Part shown: in pieces, positions 10,701-24,400 of the stretch | How positions within the stretch are numbered: position 1 is the stretch's first letter | How the letters are laid out: every line of letters starts with the position of its first letter | Assembly: GCA_964016885.1 (NCBI GenBank) | Contig: OZ024757.1 | Coordinates: forward strand, 3,224,001 to 3,288,000 | Length of the DNA: 64,000 nucleotides | DNA from: Eledone cirrhosa | Taxonomy: Eukaryota | Direction of reading: 5' to 3' | Notes under the pieces: model-generated | Told to the model about the DNA's origin: nothing | Seen by the model: only the letters and a program-made list of their open reading frames with translations | Databases searched by the model: none | Program-made: the position numbers and the translations under genes

Positions 10701-13700
10701 TGATATCTCAATTCAGAGAATCTTTCCTGCGACATTCTAACCACATGTCTGTAGTATCAGGGCTGTGATCCCTCAATTCAGAGATTCTTTCCTGCGACAT
10801 TCTAACCACATGTCTGTAGTATCAGAGTGTGATCTCTTAATTCAGAGATTCTTTCCTGCGACATTCTAACCACATGTCTGTAGTATCAGAGTGTGATCTC
10901 TTAATTCAGAGATTCTTTCCTGAGACATTCTAACCCCATGTCTATATTATCAGAGCTGTGATCTCTCAATTCAGAGATTCTTTCCTGAGACGCTCTAACC
11001 ACATGTCTGTAGTATCAGAGGTTTGATCTCTCAATTCAGAGATTCTTTCCTGAGACATTCAAACCACATGTCTGTAGTATCAGAGCTGTGATCTCTCAAT
11101 TCAGAGATTCTTTCCTGTGACATTCTAACCACATGTCTGTAGTATCAGAGCTGTGATCTATTAATTCAGAGATTCTTTCCTGAGACATTCTAACCACATG
11201 TCTATTGTATCAGAGCGGTGATCTCTCAATTCAGAGATTCTTTCCTGAGACATTCTAACCACATGTCTGTAGTATCAGAGCTCTGATCTCTCAATTCACA
11301 GATTATTTCCTCAGACATTCTAACCACATGTCTGTAGTATCAGAGCTGTGATCTCTCAATTTCAATTCAGAGATTCTTTCCTGAGACAATCTAACCACGT
11401 GTCTGTAGTATCAGAGCTCTGATCTCTCAATTCAGAGATTATTTCCTCAGACATTCTAACCACATGTCTGTAGTATCAAAGCTGTGATCTATCAATTCAG
11501 AGATTGTTTCCTGAGACATTCTAACCACATGTCTGTAGTATCAGAGCTGTGATCTCTCAATCCAGAGATTCTTTCCTGAGACATTCTAAACACATGTCTG
11601 TAGTATCAGAGCTGTGATCTCTCAATTCAGAGATTCTTTCCTGAGACATTCTAACCACATGTCTATAGTATCAGAGCTGTGATCTCTCAACTCAGAGATT
11701 CTTTCCTGAGACATTCTAACAACATGTCTTTAGTATCAGAGGTGTGATCGCTCAATTCAAAGATTCTTTCCTGAGACATTCTAAATATATGTCTGTAGAA
11801 TCAGAGCTGTAATCTCTCAATTCAGAGATTCTTTCCAGAGACATTCTAACCACAGGACATAGTATCAGAGCTGTGATCTCTCAATTCAGAGATTCCTTCC
11901 AGAGACATTCTAACCACATATCTATAGTATCAGAGCTGTGATCTCTCCATTCAGAGATTCTTTCCTGAGACATTCTAACCACATGTCTATAGTATCAGAG
12001 CTGTGATCTCTCCATTCAGAGATTCTTTCCTGAGACATTCTAACCACATGGCTGTAGTATCAGAGCTGTGATCTCTCAATTCAGAGATTCTTTTCTCAGA
12101 TATTCTAACCCCATATCTATAGTATCAGAGCTGTGATCTCCCAAATCAAAGATTCTTTCCAGAGATATTCTTATCATATTTCTGTAGTATCAGATCTCTG
12201 ATCTCTCAATTCAGAGATTCTTTCCTGAGACATTCTAACCACATGTCTGTAGTATCAGAGCTGTGATCTCTCAATTCAGAGATTCTTTCCTGAGACATTC
12301 TAACCACATGTCTGTAGTATCAGAGGTGTGATCTCTCAATTCAGAGATTCTTTCCTGAGACATTCTAACCACATGTCTGTAGTATCAGAGCTGTGATCTC
12401 TCAATCCAGAGATTCTTTCTTCAGACATTCTAACCACATGTCTGTAGTATCAGAGCTGTGATCTCGCAATTCAAAGATACATTCCTGCGACATTCTAACC
12501 ACATGTCTGTAGTATCAGAGCTGTGATCTCTCAATTCAGAGATTCTTTCCTGAGACATTCTAACCACATATCTGTAGTATCAGAGCTGTGATCACTCAAT
12601 TCAGAGATTCTTTTCTCAGACATTCTAACCACATATCTATAGTATCAGAGCTGTGATCTCTCAATTCAGAGATTCTTTTCAGAGACATTCTAACCTCATG
12701 TCTGTAGTATCAAATCTGTGATATCCCAATTCAGAGATTCTTTCCTCAGACATTCTAACCAGATGTCTGTAGTATCAGAGCTGTGATCTCTCAATCCAGA
12801 GATTCTTTCCAGAGACATTCTAATCACATGACTGTGGTATCAGAACTGTGATCTCTCAATTCAAAGATTCTTTCCAGAGACATTCTAACCACATGCCTAT
12901 AGTATCAGAGCTGTGATCTCTCCATACAGAGATCCTTTCCTGACACATTCTAACCACATGTCTGTAGTATCAGAGCTGTGATCTCTCAATTCAGAGATTC
13001 TTTCCTGAGACATTCTAACCACATGTCTATAGTATCAGAGCTGTGATCTCTCAATTCAGAGATTCTTTCCTGAGACATTCCCACCACCAATCTGTAGTAT
13101 CAGCGTTGTGATCTCTCAATTCAGAGATTCTTTCTTGAGACATTCTAACCACATGTCTGTAGTATCAGAGCTGTGATCTCTCAATTCAGAGATTCTTTCC
13201 TGAGACATTCTAACCACATATCTATAGTATCAGAGCTGTGATCTCTCAATTCAGAGATTCTTTCCTGAGACATTCTAACCACATGTCTGTAGTATCAGAG
13301 GTGTGATCTCTCAATTCAGAGATTCTTTCCTGAGACATTCTAACCACATGTCTGTAGTATCAGAGCTGTGATCTCTCAATCCAGAGATTCTTTCTTGAGA
13401 CATTCTAAACACATGTCTGTAGTATCAGAGCTGTGATCTCTCAATTCAGAGATTCTTTGCTGCTACATTCTAACCACATGTCTGTAGTATCAGAGCCTTG
13501 ATCTCTCAATTCAGAGTTTCTTTTCGGAGACATTCTAACCACATGTCTGTAGTATCAGCGCTGTGATATCCCAATTCAGAGATTCTTTCCTCAGACATTC
13601 TAAACAGATGCCTGTAGTATCAGAGCTGTGATCTCTCAATTCAGAGATTCTTTCCTGAGACATTCTACCCACATGACTGTGGTATCAGAGCTGTGATCTC

Positions 13701-13974
13701 TCATTTCAGAGATTCTTTCCTGAGACATTCTAACCACATGTCTGTACTATCAGAGGTGTGATCTCTCAATTCAGAGATTCTTTCCTGAGACATCCTAACC
13801 ACATGTCTGTACTATCAGAGCTGTGATCTCTCAATTCAGAGATTCTTTCTTGAGACATTCTAACCATATGTCTGTAGTATCAGAGCTGTGATATCTCAAT
13901 TCAGAGAATCTTTCCTGCGACATTCTAACCACATGTCTGTAGTATCAGGGCTGTGATCCCTCAATTCAGAGATT
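7800..13974. repeat. Tandem higher-order duplication: 7800-10786 (46 monomers) and 10787-13974 (49 monomers)
   Basis: The order of rare variants is the same in both copies. Markers sit at a constant 3188-bp offset (CACAGG 8663/11851; GCCTTG 10307/13495). The first copy lacks three monomers, including the one with the 6-bp insertion. Confidence 0.9.
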
Positions 13975-15338
13975 CTTTCCAGAGACATTCTAACCACATG
14001 TCTGTAGTATCAGAGGTGTGATCGCTCAATTCAAAGATTCTTTCCTGAGACATTCTAACTACATGTCTGTAGTATCAGAGCTGTAATCTCTCAATTCAGA
14101 GATTCTTTCCAGAGACATTCTAACCACATGACTGTAGTATCAGAGCTGTGATCTCTCATTTCAGAGATTCTTTCCCAAGATATTCTAAACACATATCTAT
14201 AGTATCAGGGCTGTGATCTCTCAATTCAGAGATTCTTTCCTGAGACATTCTACCCACATATCTGTAGTATCAGCGCAGTGATCTCTCAATCCAGAGATTC
14301 TTTCCCAAGATATTCTAACCACATTTCTATAGTATCAGAGCTGTGATCTCTCAATTCAGAGATTCTTTCCTGAGACATTCTAACCACATGTCTGTAGTAT
14401 CAGAGCTGTGATCTCTCAATTTAGAGATTCTTTCCTGAGACATTCTAACAACATGTCTTTAGTATCAGAGGTGTGATCGCTCAATTCAAAGATTCTTTCC
14501 TGAGACATTCTAACTATATGTCTGTAGAATCAGAGCTGTAATCTCTCAATTCAGAGATTCTTTCCAGAGACATTCTAACCACAGGACATAGTATCAGAGC
14601 TGTGATCTCTCAATTCAGAGATTCCTTCCAGAGACATTCTAACCACATGTCTAGAGTATCAGAGCTATGATCTCTCCATTCAGAGATTCTTTCCTTAGAC
14701 ATTCTAACCACATGTCTATAGTATCAGAGCTGTGATCTCTCCATTCAGAGATTCTTTCCTGAGACATTCTAACCACATGTCTATAGTATCAGAGCTGTGA
14801 TCTCTCAATTCAGAGATTCTTTCCTGAGACATTCTAATCACATATCTCTAGTATCAAATCTGTGATCACTCAATTCAGAGATTCTTTCCTGAGACATTCT
14901 AACCACATGGCTGTAGTATCAGAGCTGTGATCTCTCAATTCAGAGATTCTTTTCTCAGATATTCTAACACCATATCTATAGTATCAGAGCTGTGATCTCT
15001 CAATTCAGAGATTCTTTCCTGAGACATTCTAAACACATATCTGTAGTATCAAAGCTGTGATCACTCAATTCAGAGATTCTTTCCTGAGACATTCTAACCA
15101 CATGGCTGTAGTATCAGAGCTGTGATCTCTCAATTCAGAGATTCTTTTCTCAGATATTCTAACCCCATATCTATAGTATCAGAGCTGTGATCTCCCAAAT
15201 CAAAGATTCTTTCCAGAGATATTCTTATCATATTTCTGTAGTATCAGATCTGTGATCTCTCAATTCAGAGATTCTTTCCTGAGACATTCTAACCACATGT
15301 CTGTAGTATCAGAGCTGTGATGTCTCAATTCAGAGATT

Positions 15339-18300
15339 CTTTCCTGAGACATTCTAACCACATATCTGTAGTATCAGAGCTGTGATCACTCAATTCAGAG
15401 ATTCTTTTCTCAGACATTCTAACCACATATCTATAGTATCAGAGCTGTGATCTCTCAATTCAGAGATTCTTTTCAGAGACATTCTTACCTCATGTCTGTA
15501 GTATCAAATCTGTGATATCCCAATTCAGAGATTCTTTCCTCAGACATTCTAACCAGATGTCTGTAGTATCAGAGCTGTGATCTCTCAATCCAGAGATTCT
15601 TTCCAGAGACATTCTAATCACATGACTGTGGTATCAGAACTGTGATCTCTCAATTCAAAGATTCTTTCCAGAGACATTCTAACCACATGCCTATAGTATC
15701 AGAGCTGTGATCTCTCCATACAGAGATCCTTTCCTGACACATTCTAACCACATGTCTGTAGTATCAGAGCTGTGATCTCTCCATTCAGAGATTCTTTCCT
15801 GAGACATTCTAACCACATATCTGTAGTATCAGAGCTGTGATCTCTCAATTCAGAGATTCTTTCCAGAAACATTCTAACCACATATCTGTAGTATCAGAGC
15901 TGTGATCTCTCAATTCAGAGATTCTTTCCTGAGATATTCTAACCACATATCTGTAGTATCAGAGCTGTGATCACTCAATTCAGAGATTCTTTTCTCAGAC
16001 ATTCTAACCAGATGTCTGTAGTATCAGAGCTGTGATCTCTCAATCCAGAGATTCTTCCCAGAGACATTCTAATCACATGACTGTGGTATCAGAACTGTGA
16101 TCTCTCAATTCAGAGATTCTTTCCAGAGACATTCTAAACACATGTCTATAGTATCAGAGCTCTGATCTCTCTATACAGAGATTCTTTCCTGACACATTCT
16201 AACCACATGTCTGTAGTATCAGAGCTGTGATCTCTCAATTCAGAGATTCTTTCCTGAGACATTCTAACCACATGTCTATAGTATCAGAGCTGTGATCTCT
16301 CAATTCAGAGATTCTTTCCTGAGACATTCTAACCACATGTCTGTAGTATCAGAGGTGTGATCTCTCAATTCAGAGATTCTTTCCTGAGACATTCTAACCA
16401 CATGTCTGTAGTATCAGAGCTGTGATCTCTCAATCCAGAGATTCTTTCTTGAGACATTCTAACCACATGTCTGTAGTATCAGAGCTGTGATCTCTCAATT
16501 CAGAGATACATTCCTGCGACATTCTAACCACATGTCTGTAGTATCAGAGCTGTGATCTCTCAATTCAGAGATTCTTTCCTGAGACATTCTAACCACATAT
16601 CTGTAGTATCAGAGCTGTGATCACTCAATTCAGAGATTCTTTTCTCAGATATTCTAACCACATATCTATAGTATCAGAGCTGTGATCTCTCAATTCAGAG
16701 ATTCTTTTCAGAGACATTCTAACCTCATGTCTGTAGTATCAAATCTGTGATATCCCAATTCAGAGATTCTTTCCTGAGACATTCTAACCACATGTCTGTA
16801 GTATCAGAGCTGTGATCTCTCAATCCAGAGATTCTTTCTTGAGACATTCTAACCACATGTCTGTAGTATCAGAGCTGTGATCTCTCAATTCAGAGATACA
16901 TTCCTGCGACATTCTAACCACATGTCTGTAGTATCAGAGCTGTGATCTCTCAATTCAGAGATTCTTTCCTGAGACATTCTAACCACATATCTGTAGTATC
17001 AGAGCTGTGATCACTCAATTCAGAGATTCTTTTCTCAGACATTCTAACCACATATCTATAGTATCAGAGCTGTGATCTCTCAATTCAGAGATTCTTTTCA
17101 GAGACATTCTTACCTCATGTCTGTAGTATCAAATCTGTGATATCCCAATTCAGAGATTCTTTCCTCAGACATTCTAACCAGATGTCTGTAGTATCAGAGC
17201 TGTGATCTCTCAATCCAGAGATTCTTTCCAGAGACATTCTAATCACATGACTGTGGTATCAGAACTGTGATCTCTCAATTCAAAGATTCTTTCCAGAGAC
17301 ATTCTAACCACATGCCTATAGTATCAGAGCTGTGATCTCTCCATACAGAGATCCTTTCCTGACACATTCTAACCACATGTCTGTAGTATCAGAGCTGTGA
17401 TCTCTCCATTCAGAGATTCTTTCCTGAGACATTCTAACCACATATCTGTAGTATCAGAGCTGTGATCTCTCAATTCAGAGATTCTTTCCAGAAACATTCT
17501 AACCACATATCTGTAGTATCAGAGCTGTGATCTCTCAATTCAGAGATTCTTTCCTGAGATATTCTAACCACATATCTGTAGTATCAGAGCTGTGATCACT
17601 CAATTCAGAGATTCTTTTCTCAGACATTCTAACCAGATGTCTGTAGTATCAGAGCTGTGATCTCTCAATCCAGAGATTCTTCCCAGAGACATTCTAATCA
17701 CATGACTGTGGTATCAGAACTGTGATCTCTCAATTCAGAGATTCTTTCCAGAGACATTCTAAACACATGTCTATAGTATCAGAGCTCTGATCTCTCTATA
17801 CAGAGATTCTTTCCTGACACATTCTAACCACATGTCTGTAGTATCAGAGCTGTGATCTCTCAATTCAGAGATTCTTTCCTGAGACATTCTAACCACATGT
17901 CTATAGTATCAGAGCTGTGATCTCTCAATTCAGAGATTCTTTCCTGAGACATTCTAACCACATGTCTGTAGTATCAGAGGTGTGATCTCTCAATTCAGAG
18001 ATTCTTTCCTGAGACATTCTAACCACATGTCTGTAGTATCAGAGCTGTGATCTCTCAATCCAGAGATTCTTTCTTGAGACATTCTAACCACATGTCTGTA
18101 GTATCAGAGCTGTGATCTCTCAATTCAGAGATACATTCCTGCGACATTCTAACCACATGTCTGTAGTATCAGAGCTGTGATCTCTCAATTCAGAGATTCT
18201 TTCCTGAGACATTCTAACAACATATCTGTAGTATCAGAGCTGTGATCACTCAATTCAGAGATTCTTTTCTCAGATATTCTAACCACATATCTATAGTATC

Positions 18301-18458
18301 AGAGCTGTGATCTCTCAATTCAGAGATTCTTTTCAGAGACATTCTAACCTCATGTCTGTAGTATCAAATCTGTGATATCCCAATTCAGAGATTCTTTCCT
18401 GAGACATTCTAACCACATGTCTGTAGTATCAGAGCTGTGATCTCTCAATCCAGAGATT
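15339..18458. repeat. Near-tandem duplication at 1625-bp (25-monomer) offset
   Basis: ATTCTTACCTC at 15481/17106 and CTATACAG at 16171/17796 both give an offset of 1625 = 25x65. Confidence 0.88.
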
Positions 18459-21400
18459 CTTCCCAGAGACATTCTAATCACATGACTGTGGTATCAGAAC
18501 TGTGATCTCTCAATTCAGAGTTTCTTTCCTGAGACATTCTAACCACATGCCTATAGTATCAGAGCTGTGATCTCTCCATACAGAGATCCTTTCCTGACAC
18601 ATTCTAACCACATGTCTGTAGTATCAGAGGTGTGATCTCTCAATTCAGAGATTCTTTCCTAAGACATTCTAACCACATGTCTATAGTATCAGAGCTGTGA
18701 TCTCTCAATTCAGAGATTCTTTCCTGAGACATTCTAACCACATGTCTGTAGTATCAGAGGTGTGATCTCTCAATTCAGAGATTCTTTCCTGAGACATTCT
18801 AACCACATGTCTGTAGTATCAGAGCTGTGATCTCTCAATCCAGAGATTCTTTCTTGAGACATTCTAACCACATGTCTGTAGTATCAGAGCCTTGATCTCT
18901 CAATTCAGAGTTTCTTTTCGGAGACATTCTAACCACATATCTGTAGTATCAGCGCTGTGATATCCCAATTCAGAGATTCTTTCCTCAGACATTCTAAACA
19001 GATGCCTGTAGTATCAGAGCTGTGATCTCTCAATTCAGAGATTCTTTCCTGAGACATTCTACCCACATGACTGTGGTATCAGAGCTGTGATCTCTCATTT
19101 CAGAGATTCTTTCCTGAGACATTCTAACCACATGTCTGTACTATCAGAGGTGTGATCTCTCAATTCAGAGATTCTTTCCTGAGACATCCTAACCACATGT
19201 CTGTACTATCAGAGCTGTGATCTCTCAATTCAGAGATTCTTTCTTGAGACATTCTAACCACATGTCTGTAGTATCAGAGCTGTGATATCTCAATTCAGAG
19301 AATCTTTCCTGCGACATTCTAACCACATGTCTGTAGTATCAGGGCTGTGATCCCTCAATTCAGAGATTCTTTCCTGAGACATTCTAACCACATGTCTGTA
19401 GTATCAGAGGTGTGATCGCTCAATTCAAAGATTCTTTCCTGAGACATTCTAACTACATGTCTGTAGTATCAGAGCTGTAATCTCTCAATTCAGAGATTCT
19501 TTCCAGAGACGTTCTAACCACATGACTGTAGTATCAGAGCTGTGATCTCTCATTTCAGAGATTCTTTCCCAAGATATTCTAAACACATATCTATAGTATC
19601 ACGGCTGTGATCTCTCATTTCAGAGATTCTTTCCCAAGATATTCTAAACACATATCTATAGTATCAGGGCTGTGATCTCTCAATTCAGAGATTCTTTCCT
19701 GAGACATTCTACCCACACATCTGTAGTATCAGCGCAGTGATCTCTCAATCCAGAGATTCTTTCCCAAGATATTCTAACCACATTTCTATAGTATCAAAGC
19801 TGTGATCTCTCAATTCAGAGATTCTTTCCTGAGACATTCTAACCACATGTCTGTTGTATCAGAGCTGTGATCTCTCAATTTAGAGATTCTTTCCTGAGAC
19901 ATTCTAACCACATGTCTTCAGTATTAGAGCTGTGATCTCTCAATCCAGAGATTCTTTCCTGAGACATTCTAACCACATGTCTTTAGTATCAGAGGTGTGA
20001 TCGCTCAATTCAAAGATTCTTTCCTGAGACATTCTAACTATATGTCTGTAGAATCAGAGCTGTAATCTCTCAATTCAGAGATTCTTTCCAGAGACATTCT
20101 AACCACAGGACATAGTATCAGAGCTGTGATCTCTGAATTCAGAGATTCCTTCCAGAGACATTCTAACCACATGTCTATAGTATCGGAGCTGTGATCTCTC
20201 CATTCAGAGATTCTTTCCTGAGACATTTTAACCACATGTCTATAGTATCAGAGCTGTGATCTCTCAATTCAGAGATTCTTTCCTGAGACATTCTAATCAC
20301 ATATCTGTAGTATCAAAGCTGTGATCCCTCAATTCAGAAATTCTTTCCTGAGACATTCTAACCACATGGCTGTAGTATCAGAGCTGTGATCTCTCAATTC
20401 AGAGATTCTTTTCTCAGATAATCTAACACCATATCTATAGTATCAGAGCTGTGATCTCTCAATTCAGAGATTCTTTCCTGAGACATTCTAAACACATATC
20501 TGTAGTATCAAAGCTGTGATCACTCAATTCAGAGATTCTTTCCTGAGACATTCTAACCACATGGCTGTAGTATCAGAGCTGTGATCTCTCAATTCAGAGA
20601 TTCTTTACTCAGATATTCTAACCCCATATCTATAGTATCAGAGCTGTGATCTCTCAAATCAAAGATTCTTTCCTGAGACATTCTAATCACATGTCTTCAG
20701 TATTAGAGCTGTCATCTCTCAATCCAGAGATTCTTTCCTGAGACATTCTAACCACATGTCTGTAGTATCAGAGCTGTGATCTCTCAATTCACAGATTCTT
20801 TCCTGCGACATTCTAACCACATGTCTGTAGTATCAGAGTGTGATCTCTTAATTCAGAGATTCTTTCCTGCGACATTCTAACCACATGTCTGTAGTATCAG
20901 AGTGTGATCTCTTAATTCAGAGATTCTTTCCTGAGACATTCTAACCCCATGTCTATATTATCAGAGCTGTGATCTCTCAATTCAGAGATTCTTTCCTGAG
21001 ACGCTCTAACCACATGTCTGTAGTATCAGAGGTTTGATCTCTCAATTCAGAGATTCTTTCCTGAGACATTCAAACCACATGTCTGTAGTATCAGAGCTGT
21101 GATCTCTCAATTCAGAGATTCTTTCCTGTGACATTCTAACCACATGTCTGTAGTATCAGAGCTGTGATCTATTAATTCAGAGATTCTTTCCTGAGACATT
21201 CTAACCACATGTCTATTGTATCAGAGCGGTGATCTCTCAATTCAGAGATTCTTTCCTGAGACATTCTAACCACATGTCTGTAGTATCAGAGCTCTGATCT
21301 CTCAATTCACAGATTATTTCCTCAGACATTCTAACCACATGTCTGTAGTATCAGAGCTGTGATCTCTCAATTTCAATTCAGAGATTCTTTCCTGAGACAA

Positions 21401-24400
21401 TCTAACCACGTGTCTGTAGTATCAGAGCTCTGATCTCTCAATTCAGAGATTATTTCCTCAGACATTCTAACCACATGTCTGTAGTATCAAAGCTGTGATC
21501 TATCAATTCAGGGATTGTTTCCTGAGACATTCTAACCACATGTCTGTAGTATCAGAGCTGTGATCTCTCAATCCAGAGATTCTTTCCTGAGACATTCTAA
21601 ACACATGTCTGTAGTATCAGAGCTGTGATCTCTCAATTCAGAGATTCTTTCCTGAGACATTCTAACCACATGTCTATAGTATCAGAGCTGTGATCTCTCA
21701 ACTCAGAGATTCTTTCCTGAGACATTCTAACAACATGTCTTTAGTATCAGAGGTGTGATCGCTCAATTCAAAGATTCTTTCCTGAGACATTCTAAATATA
21801 TGTCTGTAGAATCAGAGCTGTAATCTCTCAATTCAGAGATTCTTTCCAGAGACATTCTAACCACAGGACATAGTATCAGAGCTGTGATCTCTCAATTCAG
21901 AGATTCCTTCCAGAGACATTCTAACCACATATCTATAGTATCAGAGCTGTGATCTCTCCATTCAGAGATTCTTTCCTGAGACATTCTAACCACATGTCTA
22001 TAGTATCAGAGCTGTGATCTCTCCATTCAGAGATTCTTTCCTCAGACATTCTAACCAGATGTCTGTAGTATCAGAGCTGTGATCTCTCAATCCAGAGATT
22101 CTTTCCAGAGACATTCTAATCACATGACTGTGGTATCAGAACTGTGATCTCTCAATTCAAAGATTCTTTCCAGAGACATTCTAACCACATGCCTATAGTA
22201 TCAGAGCTGTGATCTCTCCATACAGAGATCCTTTCCTGACACATTCTAACCACATGTCTGTAGTATCAGAGCTGTGATCTCTCCATTCAGAGATTCTTTC
22301 CTGAGACATTCTAACCACATATCTGTAGTATCAGAGCTGTGATCTCTCAATTCAGAGATTCTTTCCAGAAACATTCTAACCACATATCTGTAGTATCAGA
22401 GCTGTGATCTCTCAATTCAGAGATTCTTTCCTGAGATATTCTAACCACATATCTGTAGTATCAGAGCTGTGATCACTCAATTCAGAGATTCTTTTCTCAG
22501 ACATTCTAACCAGATGTCTGTAGTATCAGAGCTGTGATCTCTCAATCCAGAGATTCTTCCCAGAGACATTCTAATCACATGACTGTGGTATCAGAACTGT
22601 GATCTCTCAATTCAGAGATTCTTTCCAGAGACATTCTAAACACATGTCTATAGTATCAGAGCTCTGATCTCTCTATACAGAGATTCTTTCCTGACACATT
22701 CTAACCACATGTCTGTAGTATCAGAGCTGTGATCTCTCAATTCAGAGATTCTTTCCTGAGACATTCTAACCACATGTCTATAGTATCAGAGCTGTGATCT
22801 CTCAATTCAGAGATTCTTTCCTGAGACATTCTAACCACATGTCTGTAGTATCAGAGGTGTGATCTCTCAATTCAGAGATTCTTTCCTGAGACATTCTAAC
22901 CACATGTCTGTAGTATCAGAGCTGTGATCTCTCAATCCAGAGATTCTTTCTTGAGACATTCTAACCACATGTCTGTAGTATCAGAGCTGTGATCTCTCAA
23001 TTCAGAGATACATTCCTGCGACATTCTAACCACATGTCTGTAGTATCAGAGCTGTGATCTCTCAATTCAGAGATTCTTTCCTGAGACATTCTAACAACAT
23101 ATCTGTAGTATCAGAGCTGTGATCACTCAATTCAGAGATTCTTTTCTCAGATATTCTAACCACATATCTATAGTATCAGAGCTGTGATCTCTCAATTCAG
23201 AGATTCTTTTCAGAGACATTCTAACCTCATGTCTGTAGTATCAAATCTGTGATATCCCAATTCAGAGATTCTTTCCTGAGACATTCTAACCACATGTCTG
23301 TAGTATCAGAGCTGTGATCTCTCAATCCAGAGATTCTTCCCAGAGACATTCTAATCACATGACTGTGGTATCAGAACTGTGATCTCTCAATTCAGAGTTT
23401 CTTTCCTGAGACATTCTAACCACATGCCTATAGTATCAGAGCTGTGATCTCTCCATACAGAGATCCTTTCCTGACACATTCTAACCACATGTCTGTAGTA
23501 TCAGAGGTGTGATCTCTCAATTCAGAGATTCTTTCCTAAGACATTCTAACCACATGTCTATAGTATCAGAGCTGTGATCTCTCAATTCAGAGATTCTTTC
23601 CTGAGACATTCTAACCACATGTCTGTAGTATCAGAGGTGTGATCTCTCAATTCAGAGATTCTTTCCTGAGACATTCTAACCACATGTCTGTAGTATCAGA
23701 GCTGTGATCTCTCAATCCAGAGATTCTTTCTTGAGACATTCTAACCACATGTCTGTAGTATCAGAGCTGTGATCTCTCAATTCATAGATTCTTTGCTGCT
23801 ACATTCTAACCACATGTCTGTAGTATCAGAGCCTTGATCTCTCAATTCAGAGTTTCTTTTCGGAGACATTCTAACCACATATCTGTAGTATCAGCGCTGT
23901 GATATCCCAATTCAGAGATTCTTTCCTCAGACATTCTAAACAGATGCCTGTAGTATCAGAGCTGTGATCTCTCAATTCAGAGATTCTTTCCTGAGACATT
24001 CTACCCACATGACTGTGGTATCAGAGCTGTGATCTCTCATTTCAGAGATTCTTTCCTGAGACATTCTAACCACATGTCTGTACTATCAGAGGTGTGATCT
24101 CTCAATTCAGAGATTCTTTCCTGAGACTTCCTAACCACATGTCTGTACTATCAGAGCTGTGATCTCTCAATTCAGAGATTCTTTCTTGAGACATTCTAAC
24201 CACATGTCTGTAGTATCAGAGCTGTGATATCTCAATTCAGAGAATCTTTCCTGCGACATTCTAACCACATGTCTGTAGTATCAGGGCTGTGATCCCTCAA
24301 TTCAGAGATTCTTTCCTGAGACATTCTAACCACATGTCTGTAGTATCAGAGGTGTGATCGCTCAATTCAAAGATTCTTTCCTGAGACATTCTAACTACAT

